Of a stretch of DNA of 64,000 bases, positions 61,344 through 64,000 are shown piece after piece (position 1 is the stretch's first letter; the number at the start of each line of letters is the position of its first letter). Below the pieces are notes generated by a model, which was not told the origin of the DNA, did not search any database, and saw only the letters and a program-made list of their open reading frames with translations. Made by a program: the position numbers and the translations under genes. This DNA comes from Podarcis pityusensis (taxonomy: Eukaryota), in assembly GCA_964106645.2 (NCBI GenBank), contig OZ067039.1. One strand, given 5' to 3'.

Positions 61344-64000
61344 CTGGGGAGGGAAAAGAAAGGTAAGAGTCTTTATGAAAAGCACAGAGCAAATGCCACA
61401 TTCCATGAAGTGAAACAAATGAGAGCCGATGTATGTCCATCCAGATTAACATCTGCAGGTAGGATCTCCATCTGGACATTACTCTCCCTCATGAATATTC
61501 CAACAATTTTAACAGGATAGCAAGGGGGGGGGGGGACATAAGAATGAAACAGCCAAACCAGTGCTAAAGTATGGCTGGTTATGTGCCACCTGTGGAGTCC
61601 ACATGAGTGGGACATAGATTTCCTAACAGGCAAATCTGCAGGATCCACTTTCAACACATAAGAATGTGGCAGGCATAAGAGACACCTGACGCATAGCAGA
61701 AGTTCAGTATCTAAATTGCCAGTGGCTCAAAATTGGGAGCCTTAAGCAAAGCTGCAAACATTAACTCATTGATCTTTTGAATCAATCACTGTGAACAAGG
61801 CTGGTCTCACAGTTGTAAGAAGTCATAAAAACAGCAATTTGTTCAAACTCATCTGATTACATATACATTACTTGCTGTATAGAGTTATTAAACCGGTACA
61901 GCTAAGTGGGATACCAATAAAATAATGGGCTTTCAAATTCAGTTGCCTCAGGGTGTTTATCTCACCTCTGTTGTGCTTGTTAACAGCATTGTGTAGTATT
62001 TATTTAGCGCTCTATGGGAGCTTTGATAAATATGCATTCAAAGCTCACACATGCTCTCAAATCTTTGTACAGCATGTGCATAGAGAGCTGCAAGACATTT
62101 AGTTCTTTTAACAGCAGTTTGCCTGTCTTTACCTATTTTAAAAATACACATTTTACTGGAATAAACTTGTGAGTGAAGCTCCAAGATGTAAAGATCACGA
62201 GGAAATAGATGTTTGGTTTTTAAAGCGAATGAGCCTTTGGTATGATTATCAATTGCTAGCCACTGATGAGTATTTCAGTTTTGAAGCACAACAGTTACGT
62301 AGATCTTACTATTGTAGCCTGATGCACAGACAAAGGGACATAGGGGCACACATGCCAGCACTGGTTTTCACACAGTTGAACAACTTGCAATTTACATTTA
62401 ACTGTTAGGCCTCATCAGTGCAGACAGAAAAGAAAGCATTCAAAATTTTAAATCAATGTTCACCTGACAGGTCTGAGAGACGAGAGACCCTGCTGATTTC
62501 AGAATAATCTGGTCTGTACAGCCAGCTAGGAATTAGTGATCTACAAACCTGCCTATTACTTAGAATCTAACTCACCTAATCTTAAAAAGGTTGCAATAAT
62601 TTACATTCCATGTCAATAATTCGTAATAGTACCTGTTCGCCTGGGTATAAAACCCTTGTTTTAATTAATTTCTCCTCCACAGGTGGATTAAAATTTAAGT
62701 AAGGAAGGGCAGGGAGGGAAAAGTACATCCGTCGCTTATCTGTGCACCACAATCCACTTTAACGCAAGTGCTGGGCTAGAATTCATTAGCTTGGGGCCAC
62801 AATGAAACATTTTGCTTTGATCTCCCTTACAAAAGGGACTTTATTGGGAATATTTCAATTAGTACTGCCTATTAAAAATTTAAGCACACTTACAAGTATT
62901 CCTGATGGATAAGTAAATGCTGATTCTCCAGTTACGGGATGCTCATATCCAAACACAAATAAAGGAAAGGGGGAGAAGACGAGAGGCATTTGATGCCACT
63001 CTTCGGGGAACTTTACCAAAGATGATTAATCAACAAAAGATTTCTGGGGGGGCTTTACTGCTCAAGAATGATTAATCATTGCTGGCTGCTTGCATAAAGG
63101 TGATTGGTGGAGATTAATCATATTAACACTGATAAATGAGTATTATCAAGCTTAGACAGCATTATTAGCATAATAGGATTTGAGCACCACAAACCTAAAT
63201 TTTCAATAACCTGTAAAATCAAGGCAGAACATTATTAAAGCTTAAAGTATTTAAGGGCACAGTTCTCAAGTCAAATCCTATCCCTCAATACAATGCATTT
63301 TATCACTGATGGCTGCAAGAAACACCACACCTTCTTCTATGCAATATGCTTTGTGGTAGAACAATTGTTTCAGCTACTGCTTGGTTCAAAACTCTTTGAA
63401 CAATCCCAGCTCTGTTGACCAGCTATCTTTCCTCAGTAATAAAACATTAATTCATTGGGTCTTTTAAAAAGTAATTTGGGTAACAGCAATTATTATAGCA
63501 GTGTGGCAAGAATACAACAAAAGACAGTAATTTAGGGCCAATCATAACATTTGTATAAGCCTCCTCACCCCTACAAGGGGCTCTTACTGTGAAGTTTTCA
63601 TGTTTTTTCTCCCCAGTGGACAATTTTTCGTTTGTGTGGAACTTAAATAAATCAGTACAAACAAATTAACAGTCCCCTCCCTGGACATGCAGCAATCCTG
63701 CCTTATGCACAGCATCTACTGTCGAATTCTAAATGTTTCTTGGGTTCTAGCCTCAATTCTAGCCTTCTTCCATGAGAGTACTTTAATATAAAATGTGGAC
63801 TTGTAGAATACAATTCTTAAGAGGCTTATTGCAGACTACATAAAAGGTTACCATTACAGGTGAAAGGGGATGGAGTACACAACATACTATACTATAGCAA
63901 TAGCTACTACTCAGTATTAATTAATTGGAATTCATTGTTGGTACCTGTGAAAATCATTCCAGCCCAGTATTTCAGTTAGCTTCAATTAATGTTAAAGGTG

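Noticed and set aside
61344-61479. Upstream part of the 152-aa CLINT1 ORF
   Set aside because: Intronic read-through upstream of the acceptor at 61344-61345.

Overview
This is vertebrate nuclear DNA, very likely a squamate lizard (possibly lacertid, inferred from the repeat families). It carries the conserved block SOX30(-) / THG1L(+) / LSM11(+) / CLINT1(-). SOX30 is complete (5 coding exons, 778 aa), THG1L is complete (6 exons, 301 aa from ATG1, 269 aa from ATG2), LSM11 is complete (4 exons, 350 aa), and only the last three coding exons of CLINT1 are present. I checked all exon junctions by hand for GT-AG and reading-frame phase. SOX30 and THG1L lie head-to-head across about 1.15 kb of CpG island. 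Introns and spacers hold young L1 and CR1 3' fragments, L2 relics, a tRNA-head/CR1-tail SINE, a Penelope-like insert, solo LTRs, mariner/Tigger-type and hAT MITEs, microsatellites and two 172-N gaps. I see no clear-cut novel gene system. The best leads are: (i) a hairpin MITE family whose arms spell the ZNF143/THAP11 promoter motif, with one CpG-retaining copy inside the SOX30-THG1L bidirectional promoter; (ii) an X-box/SOX/X-box/CHR cassette upstream of SOX30; (iii) a uORF straddling the mitochondrial start codon of THG1L; (iv) in-frame internal duplications in SOX30 exon 3 and in a CLINT1 exon; (v) an intact solo LTR in THG1L intron 1. Comparisons to human proteins are from recall and need alignment.
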